NCBI RefSeq assembly: GCF_006345805.1
Contig: NC_042999.1
Coordinates: 43,276,001-43,340,000, forward strand
DNA from: Octopus sinensis
Lineage: Eukaryota
Reading direction: 5' to 3'
DNA: 64,000 nt
Numbering within the stretch: the stretch's first letter is position 1; each line of letters starts with the position of its first letter. Both the position numbers and the translations under genes were made by a program. Positions 25,133-39,829 of this stretch are shown here, piece after piece. The notes beneath the pieces are model-generated. The model searched no databases. It was not told the origin of the DNA and saw only the letters and a program-made list of their open reading frames with translations.

Positions 25133-25577
25133 AATTATAGAAAACCTGCCCCAACAAGGTTGTATCTGAACCCATGCAAGCATGGAAAAGGGTATCTGAC
25201 AGCAAAAGACCTACCCTAACAAAACTGTTTCTAACCCATGCAAGCATGGAAAAGGACATCTGACTATAGAAAATCTGCCCCAACAAAGCTGTATCTAAAC
25301 CCATGCAAGCATGGAAAAGGGTATCTGACAGCAAAAGACCTACCCTAACAAAACTGTTTCTAACCCATGCAAGCATGGAAAAGGACATCTGACTATAGAA
25401 AATCTGCCCCAACAAAGCTGTATCTAAACCCATGCAAGCATGGAAAAGGGTATCTGACAGCAAAAGACCTACCCTAACAAAACTGTTTCTAACCCATGCA
25501 AGCATGGAAAAGGACATCTGACTATAGAAAACCTGCCCTAACAAAATTGTGTCTGACTCATGCAAGCATGAAAAAGG
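25133..25577 (+). repeat. Higher-order tandem repeat: 129-bp dimer of 64/65-bp subunits (7 subunits) inside a family 3 SINE
   Basis: agcaaaagacc recurs at 25201, 25330 and 25459. Each subunit contains cccatgcaagcatggaaaa, resembling the family 3 SINE 3' end. Confidence 0.9.
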
Positions 25578-27095
25578 TTTACCATCAAAATGATGATGGT
25601 TGAATTTGCAATTTATTGCCTGTTTCCACTCGTCTCCCCTAAAATTCAAACTCTTGGAATTTGTGTGAGCAGTTATATACTTTAACCATTTAGCCATTAA
25701 GCTAGCTTTAATGAATCACAGCAAACTCCTCCTGAGCCAATTCATAAAAGACAAAAAGCTGAAGGGCTGAATGGTGGGAAATATTCCCAGTTTACATAAT
25801 CTCATATGACATTATCAGCTGTTACATATTAAAATCTGCTGCTCCTATCACAACAAAGCATTTTAATAGTAGTAGCAGCAGCAACAACAACCAAGTTGCC
25901 ACAAGCAACAACCCTGTAAGAATCAAGTTGCTTATCTCAAATTAGATCTCTTATTTGTGCTTCTCATGATCCAAGAAAGTAAAGTATCACTGAAGCAAGC
26001 TCCGTAAGATGCAAGCCGTCTCTTAATGTGAAAGAAGACACGATATTTACGATTGCAGAATTGTCACTATCATGATCATCATCATCACAAGCATGTTGTA
26101 AGATTAATAGAGTGATAAACCAAGGAGCTACTGGATAAGTTAAGGGCTGATGTTATGAATGGCTTACGCAAAAAAATTCTCAACGAATTGAAATCTAACT
26201 CTCAGCTAGAGAATGATAACAAAACATTACCTGAAACTGTTACTGATTCACAAAGAAAAGAGAGAATGAAATTTCACAAATTTAATTTACATTCTTAAGG
26301 GAAGATCTAATCTTTGTATGCAAGCAAGGGGAACAACTATGGGTATGTTTTAATCTTACTTAAGCTCATCAATGTAAAACAATCTACTTAAGCCCCTTCT
26401 TTGCTTAATCATGAATTTCTCTTTTTTATATTGTTACATATGAAAGGAAAAAAAATGGAGATTTTTGTGAATTGTAATTGTATAATTGAAAGTGATATAT
26501 ACTAAAGAAAATAACATGTGTCATGAAATTTTGAAGTAATTATATGGCATATATGAAAAAGAAAATTCTCAATAAATTGAAATTCTCTCTTAACTGGCAA
26601 AGTAGAAAGATGACAAAAAATCTCTACAAGTAATTGCTAATAACGACCAAAGAAAATTGGAGATATTTTCAAGAAATTATGACTAAATTTCACAAAAATA
26701 ATTCATATGCTCAATAGAAGACCTAATCTTTCTTTGCAGGCAAGGGGAACAACTATGAGTATGATTCAGACTTACTGGAACTCATCAGCAGAGCATGATG
26801 TACATAAAAATCTTTTGGCCAGTCAGTAAAGATTTTTACACAGAGAAAAATACTTATGAAGAATTTTGGCCAAATTTAATTTGCCTAAGAAAAAAAAATG
26901 AGCTAAAGGAAATAACTGAAGAGGGTCAATGGTAAGGAGTTAAGAGTAATATATCTGAATGATATATGCAAAAAGTTCTTAATATCAATAATAAGCAGGT
27001 AAAAAAAAAAATGCAAACATCTCAAGAATGCAAATGCATTAATCCAAGAACCACCATTACTGAAGCTATAATTTATATCTACACAAGTAATACCA

Positions 27096-27133
<38 letters not shown>

Positions 27134-27982
27134 TAGCTTTAACATCAATAGCCTCACTGTCCCCCAAACATTGCACACCACAAACAATAAGTGCAGTGGA
27201 ACAGTAACTGTTGTAATGTAGCCGAGAACATTTTTCATGCCTCTGCAATGGCTACCACCAGAACCTGCAGGTGCACAAAAACTGGACAGTGGAGAGCATG
27301 CAATATGTCCAAATTGTGATGTTGTTCTCCTCATGATTCATCAATGCATCTCAAACTGTGCAGTATAGTTGTCAACTAGATTTAATTCACTACTTGTCCT
27401 TAAGTGCCTTTAGCAGAGTTCAGTCTGATGCAAGTACCGGTGTGAGGTCTCCGGTTTGACAATAACTTACTCCCATCTCTTTTCTCACTAACACAGAGGC
27501 TCTAAAAATGTTTGTCCAGTGGAGCTACAGGGACCATCTATTCATCCAGGATGACTGATGACTTGTATGGTGTCTTTGTTTATTAAAGAGAAGAGTTGCA
27601 TACTGTCATCCTCACTCCCTTGTCTGTAATGATCTTCAATCCAGTGGCAAGACCAGGTAAACTAGAGATGGAGACTGATGCAGTGGATGACCAAGATATC
27701 CTTACTTGCCTCATTTCGATCCCTGCACACCACAATGTGTTGCTGCAGCTGCTTTCCTCTCTGTTAAACCACAAAAGTTTCTTCTGCAGAGTCCTCTAGA
27801 TCTAGTATTCACAAGCACAAACAATCAAGCCCTAATATGATAACCCACAGCTGGGACCCTGACAGGTGCTATTACTCCGGGTCAGAGTAGATCTGGGAGC
27901 AAAAGTGGCTGAGAGGTGGTTCTACACTCCATCAAAACCCAAGAACTTCTCAACCGGGGGCCTACAATTGGAGACAGTTTAA

Positions 27983-28202
27983 CCCTTTAGCATTTAAACC
28001 AGCCATGTCCAGCCAAAATGATCTACCTATTTTATCTTAAAACCAGTCAGAAATGGCCTCTCACACTTACCCTACAATATTATTTTAAAATTTAAGAATC
28101 ACAACATTGAAATCTCAGAGCTCTAAGGTAATGCAGGGTTAATTCAAATCAATATGAATAAATAAGCATTACATTTGACAGAACAATCTGAAAGCTGAAG
28201 GA
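27983..28202. mobile_element. piggyBac-type MITE (family A)
   Basis: ttaa|ccctttagcatttaaacc ... gctgaagga|ttaa. Other copies at 35444-35963 (interrupted by a SINE), 41877-42097 and about 52100-52274. Confidence 0.85.
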
Positions 28203-29228
28203 TTAAAACCACACCCAGAGGCCCTGTAAAGGATCATGGGCATTACCATTCCCTCATGATTCATCACCATCATTTAATATCTATTTTCCATGCTGGCATA
28301 GATTGGACAGTTTAACAGGAGCTGGTAAACCAGAGGACTTCACCAAGCTCTACTCTCTGGTTTGGCATGGTTTCTATGACTGGATACCTTTCCTAACATA
28401 TACAAAAAAAAAAAAGTGTATCAGGTGAAAATGGATCCGTGGTTTTTACCTTATTATTCAGTCCAACTATCTATGTGCCACATTGAACTCTGCAATCAAA
28501 TCTGCCAGGAGACTAAAAACCGCCGCCGCCACCATTTTCTCAATCTGCTCCACCACCATTACTATTCACTGTGTCACCACCGCTATCTTCACCTCTATTA
28601 TAATTACCTTGGAAATTCCTATCCCCCCCGATATAAATTTACATGTAATTGTGATTAAATATTTACTTTAATTAATTACCATTTTTATCATCACCCATCA
28701 CCACTGCTATCATCATCACTTAATGAATAACCAAACTCACCCAATAATCAAAACGTTATCAGGCTATCAAATGGCAACTGCAATGATCTGTGATTTCCAT
28801 CACTATTTTAGTTTCTTGGCTTTGTTTTATGCTTTGTTTCCTTTTGCTTAAGGCAATGTCAAGTAATGGCTATTCATCTAAATTTCATCATGATTACTCG
28901 TGGTGAGATTGGTTACAGTGAAGAAGTTGGCATTGATGGTGCTGGGTTTTTTGTTGTTTTTTTTTGCTTTTTTGCTTTTTATTTTTTTTAATACCCTGAA
29001 AGACAATGATGTCTTTATTAGAATCATGTATGGATGGATCATGTGCAAAACCTTGCACATGTAGTAAGAGAGGCAATTTGAAATTTTTTCTGGATTCTAT
29101 AAAAGCACAAAAATTTTATGAAAGACTACAAATGGCTTAAGTTAAATTTCAGCTGTTTGGTTTCAATATCCTACCAAGCTACCATGCAGTCAAGTGCAAA
29201 ATAAAATTTCAGATTTCAACATTATATC

Positions 29229-29263
<35 letters not shown>

Positions 29264-30283
29264 GGCGGCAAGCTGGGAGAATCGTTAGCACACCAGACAA
29301 AATGCTTAATGGCATTTTGACTGTCTTTTCATTCTGAGTTCACATTCCACAAAATCAGCTTTACCTTTCATCCTTTTGGGGTTATTAAAATAAGTACCAG
29401 TCAAACTTGCTGGCCTTGTGCCAAAATTTGAAATAATAATAATAGTCGTCGTTGTCACCACCACCATCAAAGTGGCGACCCGGCAGGACTGTTACCATGC
29501 TGCATAAAAAAAAAAATGCTTAGCGGCATTCCGCCCATCTTCATATTCTAAATTTAGATGTTGCCAAAGTCACTTTTGTCTCTCATTCTTTCATGGTCAA
29601 CACTGGGGTTGATGTAATCAAGTTAGACCCTCCTCTGAAATTGCCATCCTTGAACAAAAAAATTTGAAATTATTATTATTACTAAGGCAGTGAGCTGGCC
29701 AAACAGTTAGCATGCCAGACAAACTGCTTAGTATCATTTTGTCTGTCTTTGTGTTCTGCGTTCAAATTCCAGACAGATCAACTTTACCTTTCATACTTTC
29801 AGGATTGACATTTGTATTAGTAAATTCCCCACCCACTTCTGGCATCTTACTTCACAAAATGGCTTAAAAGATCCATACAATACAAAAGATACATTTATCA
29901 GTCAAAATTGGATAATTTGACTTCAGGATTTTATCTTTGCGTAACTCCAGGTGTCAATTTTTTTGTTACGATTTACTTAATTTTCATTCTTTAGTCCACA
30001 TACACTTGAGTTCCAAAAATATGAGTGCTCTATATTCATTTAGAAGTTTGAGCAGTAGATGCTCCTCAATATAATACTACAAAAAAAATACTTGCTAATA
30101 GTTTTTATAAAGCAGTAACATATTTTATGTAAAAAAATCAGTGTTTGAATCTCATACTGTGATGAACAGAGATTAAAAGATAATATACATCCTGAAATTA
30201 AATGAACTGTTACAAACAATCATAAATGGTGTGGGGGAGGCTATACTAAAGCTAAAGAAATCACATACACACAATGGTTTCAT

Positions 30284-30662
30284 TAACAGCAGTGATACCA
30301 GTGCCGGTGGTACATAAGAGAAACATCCGAACGTGGCCGTTGCTAGCGCCACCCCGACTGGCCTCATGCCGGTGGCATGTAAAAAGCACCATCCGATCGT
30401 GGCCGTTGCCAGTTTCGTCTGGCGCCCGTGCCGGTGGCATGTAAAAAGCACCATCCGATCGTGGCCATTTGCCAGCTACGTCTGTCACGTAAAAAGCACC
30501 CACTACACTCACGGAGTGGTTGGCGTTAGGAAGGGCATCCAGCCGTAGAAACATTGCAGATCAGACTGGACCTGGTGCAGCCTTCTGGCTTCCCAGACCC
30601 CAGTCGAACCGTCCAACCCATGCTAGCATGGAAAGCGGACACTAAACGCTGATGATGATGAT
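30284..30662 (+). mobile_element. SINE family 3 with RTE-like tail
   Basis: Internal repeats of gccggtggcatgtaaaaagcacc; ends ccatgctagcatggaaagcggacactaaacgctgatgatgatg. Confidence 0.85.
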
Positions 30663-31979
30663 ATTACTACTTCTCTCATGTGCATGTATGAGTAAATAGA
30701 CAGTTGAATCAGAAGGAGAGCAATGAGTGAGAAAATAACTTTGCGGGATTTGGTTCCATCCTTCTAAGCATACAGTTAATCATGCATTCCAGTTATTGTC
30801 TTTAGTGAAGGTGGGTGGCTTAGTTGTTTGTGAGTAGTACTCACAATTTCATAATTGTGGTTTCAATTCCCAGACCAGTTGTGTGTTGTGTTCTTGATCA
30901 AAACACTTTATTTCATGCTGCTCAGTGCTCCAGTTCCACTCAGCAGTAAATGGGTAACCTTCCAACACACTGACATACATGGGTGAGATGATGACTCAGG
31001 AAAATCACCCGCATGGAGGTCCTGCAAACCAAATCTTGAATTCAGCAACCGAAAGGATGAATAGCACAACCTATACTGTGAATTCTGATTGGTAGAGATT
31101 GGTTGTTCAACTATGTTGAAGGAATAATTCTATATAACTGTCTGTCCTATCTTCAAGGCTAATAAAATAACTACCATACAAACTTCTGGGATTGATATAA
31201 TGGACTAAAATCCTCAAATATGTTGCTCTAGCATGGCCACAATCCAGTAACTAATCAGTATAAGAATACAAGTTGTGTGGCTGTGTGGTACGACATTTGT
31301 TGCCTAATAACATGGTTCCAGGTTCAGTCCCATTACATGGCACCTTGGGCAAGTGTTTTTTTATAATAGCCTTGGGCTGACTAAAGCCATGTGAGTAGAT
31401 TTGACAGATGGAAACTAAAAGAAGCCCATCTCATATACATATTATATAAATATTATATATACACACACACACACATGGTGTGCATCTATCTTTATTCCAC
31501 CACTTGATGACAGTACTTGGCTTTCGAAATAAAAATCTATGTACTAGGGTCAATTCATTCAACTAAAACACTTCAAGGTGGTGCCCCACAAGGCTGCAGT
31601 CCAATGACTGAAACAAGTAAAGGATGAAAAAAAAAATTTCTGTTTTGTTTGTAGAATAATTATGGGGGAATCAAACACTCTAAATATCTGGCTGCATTTT
31701 AAGCTTCACCTCTCAACATTCCGTGTTCAAATCCAGGCAAGACCAAATTAGCCCTTTATGATTTTTCATAGACGAACTAATAAAATTAAGTACAGAATTA
31801 TACAGGGATTAATACAATCATCTCTCTCTCTATTTCTTCAACAAATTTATAACTATGTACAAATATAAAAAAAAACAATATGCCCTCCCCACTTATTTTC
31901 AGACTGTTTGTACGCACGTGTGTTTGGTTAATCACTCATTGATAAGAGTCATATGATGAGATGAAAATAAAATCAACCA

Positions 31980-32035
<56 letters not shown>

Positions 32036-33034
32036 TACACCTCATTTCATTGTGTGTGGGTCCTGCTGACTCAGGTCATTGTAAATTGCAGGCAAATGTT
32101 TCATAGACATAAAACTACTTCAGACAATAACAGCAAGAAATGAGGCAAAAATGACATTGTTTCTACAAAACTCAATAATTGTTGGCAGCTGAAATTCTTG
32201 ATTGGTACTGATTTTATCCGTCTTGGATTATTGCTTTTGTTTTCAAGGTGATGATTAACCTAGAGTCAGCCATGATTGATTGATTGACTGATTGATTGAT
32301 CAGACGAATGATTAACACTGTAAATGCCAAAATTATCCCCTTTAGGTATATGAGAGGAACTACATTGTCCAATGTGTCCTTCCATTTTTGAAACTGTACT
32401 GTGTTGGCAGCTATTTCTTGCAAGTTGAGTAACCACGTAAGTTTTTATACTGCATCACAAAGTACATGCCTATGTCTCCAATGTGTACATGGCAGTGTAG
32501 ATTGATATTTGACAGTGTCTTGACAGTGTAGGATGATATTTAATATAACATCAAATTTACTGTGTAGTGGGATTGCTTCATTTTTTTTTTTTTTTTTGGT
32601 ATTACTGATGATAATGATGCTGCTGCTGATGATGATTTTTAAATGAAGCACAAAACAACAAATTTGGAAGAAGGACAATTAGCTAATTAGATTAATTGTA
32701 GTGCTGTATTGATCCCAGAAGGATGGACAGCAAAGTCAACTCCAGCAGGATTTGAACTCAGATGTAATGAAATACCAAAAAAGAATTTTTTTATGACTGT
32801 CTACAGTTTCTACTAATTCAATAACAACAGCAACAACAATAATCCTTTCTATTATAGGAACAAGATCTGAAATTTTGGCAGGAAGGGAATAGTCAGTCAT
32901 ATCGACCCCAATGTTAATTTATCAACACTGTAATGACATAAGACAAAGTCAACCACAGCAGAATTTGAACTCAGAACATAAATACGGAGGTTGTCCAGTG
33001 CTAGCGGTTCTGCCAGCTCACCACCACAACAATA

Positions 33035-33066
<32 letters not shown>

Positions 33067-36000
33067 GATGATTGTGGTGGTGGTGATGATGATGATTCTA
33101 TTTCTAACAATTAAAGGCACAAAGCCTGGCAATTTGGTAGAGGGGACTAGTCAATTACATCGACCCCCAATGTTTCACTGGTTCTTAATTTATCAGCCCT
33201 AGAACAATGACAGGCAAAAAATCAGCCTCGGCAGAATTTAAACTCAGAACGCAAAGACAGATAAAATGCCGTGAAGCATTTTGCCCAGTGTGTTAAAGAT
33301 TCTGCCAGCCCGCCATAATAATAATAATAATAATAATAATAATTTATGCACAAGTCCTGCAATATGGGAGGGGGTGGATAGTCGAGTAACCCTTTCAATA
33401 CCAACCCACCCAAGACAATTTTTTTGGATGTATGATACAAACTTCTTGTCTCAAAGTGATCAACATTCAAACCTTCATTCAATCAAAATTCCACGTCAAT
33501 TTATATTCCAAGTTTAAAGACAGTAAAGTTATTTTACAAGCACTTTGCTATTTTCAAAATTAAGTGAAACAAAAGCTGTGTATCTCAACAGAAATTTGGT
33601 AACGAAAAGTTTAAATCAACTGTTGTACCTAATCGGTAATATGCTTCATCAACCTCATCAGGATAACAGACAATGTCTAACTTGGTGAGGAGTCGATCCA
33701 GAATGTAAAGGGTCAGAAATAAACAACACAAAGCACTTTGTCTGATGCACCAATAATTAATTACTGGTCAACAATTAATTATTGCACTTAATTACTAGTC
33801 AGAATAAGTCCACATCCTCCGTAAATTTAAGAGCAGAAAAGAAATGGACGCAAACATTGCAGATTCATATTACACTTTTCTTATGTTACTCATCTACAAA
33901 TTCATCAATATTTTATGCATTGCATGCTCACATGTGTCCGACAGTTTGTTAAGGCAGATTTTCTGTGGCCAGATGCCCTTCCTGTCACCAACCCTCACCT
34001 GTTTCCAAGAAAGTTTTTCCTATGACACACATTTTCACAGATGATTGGAAACAAAGGACACCACTCATGTAACAGTGGCACTTGTTTACAACCATCACAC
34101 AATGTAATGGCAAGGAGACAAGCAGACAGACAGGCAGGCAGACACACAATGAATTTCTTTCAGTTTCCGTCTACCAAATCTACTCACAAGGCTTTGGTTG
34201 GCCTGAGGCTATAATAGAAGTCACTTGCCAAAGGTGCCATGCAGTGAGACTGAACCTGGAACCATGTGGTTGGGAAGCAAACTTCTCACCACATCAATAT
34301 GTGAGTAACAAATCAAAAGTCACAGCAACTACTCTAATAAATAATACTTAATTTATATAATCATACTGACAGTGCTACATTTTAAAACAGCAGGCAACAG
34401 AAGAACAAGCGGAACCATATTACTGAGCCTATTATTACACAAGTTGTCAAGACAGCAATGGACATTATCATTAGGCTAGGAGCATAAACACCAAGAAATC
34501 AAAACTCAAGTAGATACTTCTTAGATCTTGCAGCACTGTGTCATGTGCATCTTATAAGCTGCTGTCATCATAACCACTACCAACATCACCGACCAATACT
34601 ACTGCTGTAACTACAAACTTCCTTCTGTATTACCAAAATCACAAACTATCATCACTACAACCACCACCACCACCACTGCTGCTGCTGCTGCTGCCACCCT
34701 GACTACTTAATCATCACTTTGTGCTGTCTTCCTGAAGCATTAATAAAGAAAGATTAGCCAGCCTCTCAAGTAGAACCTCGTATATTTAGAAGAAAATGTC
34801 ATCTAATCAATTTGAAATGTTTACAGATCACTAACAAAGTGATAATATATTCAAGTTCCTTGTGCCTTGCTTTTTGTTCATTGCAAAATCAAAATTTCAG
34901 GACAATATTAAATTAAGCTGGAATTTCTAGTGACTCAACTGACCAACACCACAGAAGTTGGTTTATGCTACTGCTTTTGTTGTTGATGATGATTAACCTA
35001 GGCCATCCTCTGATTGAGCAGACAAAAGAGCTAAGATGTAAATGCTATTATCACCCCATGTATGTACATGAGAGGGACAATCATTAACTACCGTGTCCTT
35101 CCTTTTTAAAAACTCTAGTGTGTGACTCAAAGTGAGATTCAACTGCTATTGACTGCTACATGTTCTTTTGACCTATGAGAACATAGGTCTGGGGAATCTG
35201 TAAAGATTCCTCTCTTTTGCTCTCACATTTATCTACGTATTTGTTTATTTTTCCTTTCATGAAATAAGAAACAAAAAATAACAGATACACTTACCAAATA
35301 CTATTTTTGTTGTTGTTTAGGTCCCAACTAGGCCCTGATCAAATAGATCAAAAATCAAAAAAACATCTGAGCTGTGATGATCATCCAGTCTTTTTTTCTA
35401 TTTATAGAATACACTAATCCCATGTGTGTCACCTTTCTTTTAACCCTTTAGCATTCAAACTGGCCATATCTGGACCAAATATTCTACTCGCTTTATGTTC
35501 AAACAGGCCAGATCCAGCCTCTCACACTTAGCAGACAATGTCATTCTAAAAATTAACAAAGCATGACTACGTGATAAGAAGCTTGCTTCCCAACCACATG
35601 GCACCTTGGGCAAATGTCTTCTACCATATCCTCAGGCTGACCAAAGACTTGTGAGTGGAGTTGGTAGATGGAAACTGAAAGAAGCCCATCATACATACAT
35701 ACATATATATGTGTGTGTGTGTCTGTGTTTGTTTCCCCACCATCACTTGACAACTGATGTTGGTGTGTTTATATTCCCATAACTTAGTGGTTTGGCAAAA
35801 GAGAACGATAGAATAAGTACTAGGCTCACAAAGAATAAAAAAGATACACAATCACATCATTGAAATCTTCAATTTATGAGATAATGCATGATTAATTCAA
35901 AATAATAGAAATAAAGATGCACTGCATTTAACACAGTAATTAGAACAGAATAGTAAAGGAATAAATATGAAGAAACTGAACCCTACATGATAGAATTATG

Positions 36001-36085
36001 TCGAGTACAGCAGGGTGTACAGAAAGATGGTGCTTAACTCCATATTAGAAAAGTTCAAATGAAGAAGCATAAACCTCTCCTACTC

Positions 36086-36123
<38 letters not shown>

Positions 36124-36177
36124 AGTGATTGCTTCAAAGAGTAAAGAGTAATATTCCTTTATTAGGATCTGCCTTAC

Positions 36178-36189
36178 GTTAGTAAACAG
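36178..36189 (-). CDS. Candidate 12-nt microexon (LFTN)
   Basis: ctcccattaacatcttcag|CTGTTTACTAAC|gtaagg. Confidence 0.3.
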
Positions 36190-36799
36190 CTGAAGATGTT
36201 AATGGGAGATATGGAGAGTAAACAATGTCATAGACCGCTCAAGAATGACATCAAGTAATGAACACCTTCTGTGAGCTATTAAAAATAGCAAAACATTAAT
36301 GCGCATTTAGCACTTCAAATATAACTGACTGTCTGTGAGAAAAGGTACACCAACAACAGTCAGTACATTCTATCTATATACCAAAGTCTGCCCCATGTTG
36401 TAAAGCTGGATGGAACAAATTGTGTCTTCAGAATTAGTGTTTTACAGCTACGTTATTTCAATATGAAAATAACAACTTAAAGTAGGTGCACATGCATATA
36501 CACACACACATGCAAATTTCTAGGTGAATGCTAAATTAAAAATATGTAAATTTTTAAACAACTTAAAACTCTTTAGTCTTTTTTTTGTACTATGGCGTAC
36601 ACTCTGTGTAAAAACCAGTTTGTCTGGAGCCCATCCACAGATTCACAATATAGAATTGTGATGAAACATAACCTTCGACCCTACTTGGAGTTTTTCACTA
36701 ATCTAAACAATTTTGTTAGCCTGGTGTGCCAAAAGAGAGCTTATGAAGTATTTTGTCTGTATTGATAATTCTGCACTATTAGCTACACACACACACACT

Positions 36800-36862
<63 letters not shown>

Positions 36863-37428
36863 TATTAAAATTAACTTCAATCTTGCTTGCTAGCTTGGAA
36901 TGTTATACAGCCAAACTGGCACATAATGGGAAAATGCTAAGGAAGAAAAGTGCCCCTGGAATGTAATACAAATGGAATATAAAAAAAAAAGTTTCGCGAA
37001 AATCAGACCACTGGTTCTTGAGATATGGTGAATTTGGTGGGTATAAATACCCAAGACAGTGCAAAATGAGGAAAATACTCCGAAAATAGCTTAACCCTGA
37101 AAGGGAAGAAACTAACTTTTCAATTAGACATCATTATGATGGGCAAAAGTCTCTGTGACTTTAAATTGCCAACAAAAGAATACAAGTTGTTTTTATCGAT
37201 TTTGTTAAAAACAATATTTTAATCATTTAGAAACATTTTTAAGTCAATGTGATTTCAAAAATGTAAGTTGTTTGTACAGTACGTATATATATTTTACCTT
37301 TCTTTAAACAGAAAATATTAAAATTTTTTTTACAAATTATTTTCAAGTGAAAATATCATTGCAAAAATTTGGAGAGGGGGCATATTTAAAACATATTTTA
37401 AAGTGAAAATGACTTTAAAAATACAGTG

Positions 37429-37911
37429 AATATTTCATAAAAGACCCATTCGTAACCTTGGTGTGAAATAATATTTTTCCAAGTACATTCAATGTATCTC
37501 ACATCTAAAAATTTGGCTGCTATTTCCAGCATGCCATGCTACCACATAACAGCTATTTGTAATAAAGGACCTGAAATAGCTGTTACATGGTAGCAGGGTG
37601 TGCAAGAAATGACATCCAAATCTTTCCTTTTCTGAGGAAAGGAGCCGTTTACACGTGATTTCGATATTACATGCAAAATGAAAGCATGCGAAACAACCTG
37701 GAAAAGAAAAGAAAAAAAACCACAAAACAAAACTCCATTGGTGGAAAACTCAGAATTTTCCAGGAAGCTCCAAGGTCCCTACCACCCCTCTCCCCGTTCT
37801 TTTCTGGAAGAAAGTGGCTTGTGGAGGTGAGATACATTGAATGCACTCAAAAAAAAACTGTAGAAAAAATTATTTAACACCGAAGTATGAAGAGGTCCTT
37901 TATGAAATATT
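37429..37911. mobile_element. MITE-like element with ~80-bp imperfect terminal inverted repeats and an internal hairpin
   Basis: 37429-37505 pairs with 37823-37911 (aatatttcataaa.gacc...cattcaatgtatctcac). An internal stem pairs 37537-37558 with 37574-37595 (20/22 matches). Confidence 0.65.
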
Positions 37912-38130
37912 TAACCAAGACCAGGATAGGCATGTGAATAGAAGGATCAATGTGACTGATAAAGCAAAGGTTGAGTGTCTGGCAGAACAGAGGGAAAGAT
38001 ACAGAAGCAGGAGAGATCAGGAATCGGATGCTCGGAGAGCCAAGTGTTTGGTGAAGCAGAGGGAAAGAGACAAAAGCAGGAGACATCATAATTTGGATGC
38101 TCATGTGAATACAAATGGAATAAAACAAGT
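37912..38130 (+). pseudogene. Possible Helitron Rep/helicase N-terminal charged-repeat remnant
   Basis: Translates as ECLAEQRERYRSRRDQESDARRAKCLVKQRERDKSRR, a 23-aa Arg/Glu-rich repeat like those at Helitron ORF N-termini. No catalytic motif is visible. Confidence 0.3.
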
Positions 38131-39523
38131 TTCGCAAAAATCAGAACATGGGTCTTTTCTGGTGGGGAGTACCTTTATAAATAGCCAAACCAACGTACAA
38201 TGGGGGAAAATGCTTTGAAAGTCAGGTATTATTGAAAAGTGAATACACACAGAATAACAGAAGTTTCATGTAAATCGGACCACGGATTCCCAAGATACAC
38301 AGTTTTATCAGATAATTTTACCAAACAGGCCACAGGTAGTCTAGTCTAATATATATATAATGAATTAATCACAGAAGAGAGGGCAATGGCGACAGATTAA
38401 ACAGTCCAGTAAATTCATGAATTGTCATAGCAGGTGATAAAAATAGCTTTCATTTTACATAACACTTATTAGCATAAAATAATTTTGCCCTAGTTGTACT
38501 GGCTGTATTATAGACATAGTTGCTTCATGACAATGATGATGATGATGATGATTTAAAAAATTTTTTTAATAAATAATTATTGTTGATTACAGCTCTCTCT
38601 TTCTACTCTCTCTCTCTCTCTGTTCTGAATTCAAATCCCACTGGACTTGACTTCGTTTTTTTATCTCCTAAGCTTGATCAATAAAACAAGTGCCAGTAAA
38701 GTAGAGTGGCTTTTTGCCAATGAAAAGAAGTTGCTATTACTTGGTTTGTGGGTGAGGTGAGTGGGGATGTGTGCCCATGGTAGTTTCAATCATTCCCAAA
38801 TCGGTGAGGTCGATGTGGTTAACGTTCAGTTTGAACTTATACTACTAGCTGACACTTGTATTGAAAACTGAGAGAGAGAGAGAGGGAGAGAAATAGAGAG
38901 AGAGAGAAGGTGGTTACAGACTAAAATTTTATATTTATTTTCAAACAATTTTAAAGTTTTTGTCTTATTTATTTTTGGAACTTAACATTCACTTTCCCAC
39001 CTGATTGCACAAGCTGAAAGTCTCTGTTCTTTATTCTGTTAAAATAGACACCTTTGAATTATACTTAATGTATATACACTGTCGATAGGCCAGTTACTGC
39101 AGTATTTATCTGGAGATAACATAATTTATAGATTTACACGATAAACATCAGAAAGGGATGAAACTTCATCCCAGCAGTAATCAGCAAAAGCACAAAATGC
39201 ATTTTAGTTTAGTTGGGCCTATCTCAATGGTGCATATTCATGGCTAGCCACATGCTCAAATATGAATCCATCTTCTCTGGTACAGAAAAAAGTGAATGAA
39301 ACAATTTTGCCAAATAACTGCCCTCAAGAAGAGTCACTATAATAAAAGAGGATATACAGAAAAGACACAGCACATTGATAGGCTAATCACTGTAACAAGC
39401 TGGATAGTAGTGTTTGGTTTATAAATTAAAAAGGGATTTAAACTGTAAACTTGTGAAGCAGAAACTTTACCTTTGATATGTAAGCAGTATTTTAACATAG
39501 AGGTGCAGATGTATCTTATAGAT

Positions 39524-39829
39524 CAGTGGTTCCCAACTAGGGTCCATATAAGATTGAGCGGGGTGTCCACATAATAAAATAGTAAATTGGAGATCCACAA
39601 TAGTATTTTAAGGGCCCCTGGAAAATTTTTGTTGTAAATATATGTATTGCAAGAAACAGCTAGGTTCCTTTCTCTAACATTTTACACAGTTTAATGTACA
39701 TGAATGAATGTGTGAAAAACAACATAGGAATTTTGAAAGAAGTTTCTACAAAACTAGTTTTTAAACATCAGATGGCTATAGGGAGTCAAAGGAGTCCATA
39801 GATTAAAAAAAAAAAACTGAGATCCCCTG
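39524..39829. mobile_element. hAT-like MITE
   Basis: cagtggttcccaac ... actgagatcccctg termini; 8-bp flanks ttatagat / atacagat (6/8 match). Confidence 0.6.

Noticed and set aside
25059-25697. 212-aa ORF with 43-aa repeats
   Set aside because: It is the antisense reading of a 129-bp SINE-derived tandem repeat; it stays open only because the unit is a multiple of three.
27120-27800. Protein-like unique sequence with short ORFs on both strands
   Set aside because: No recognisable domain, and stops occur in all frames; possibly a decayed retroelement but unsupported.
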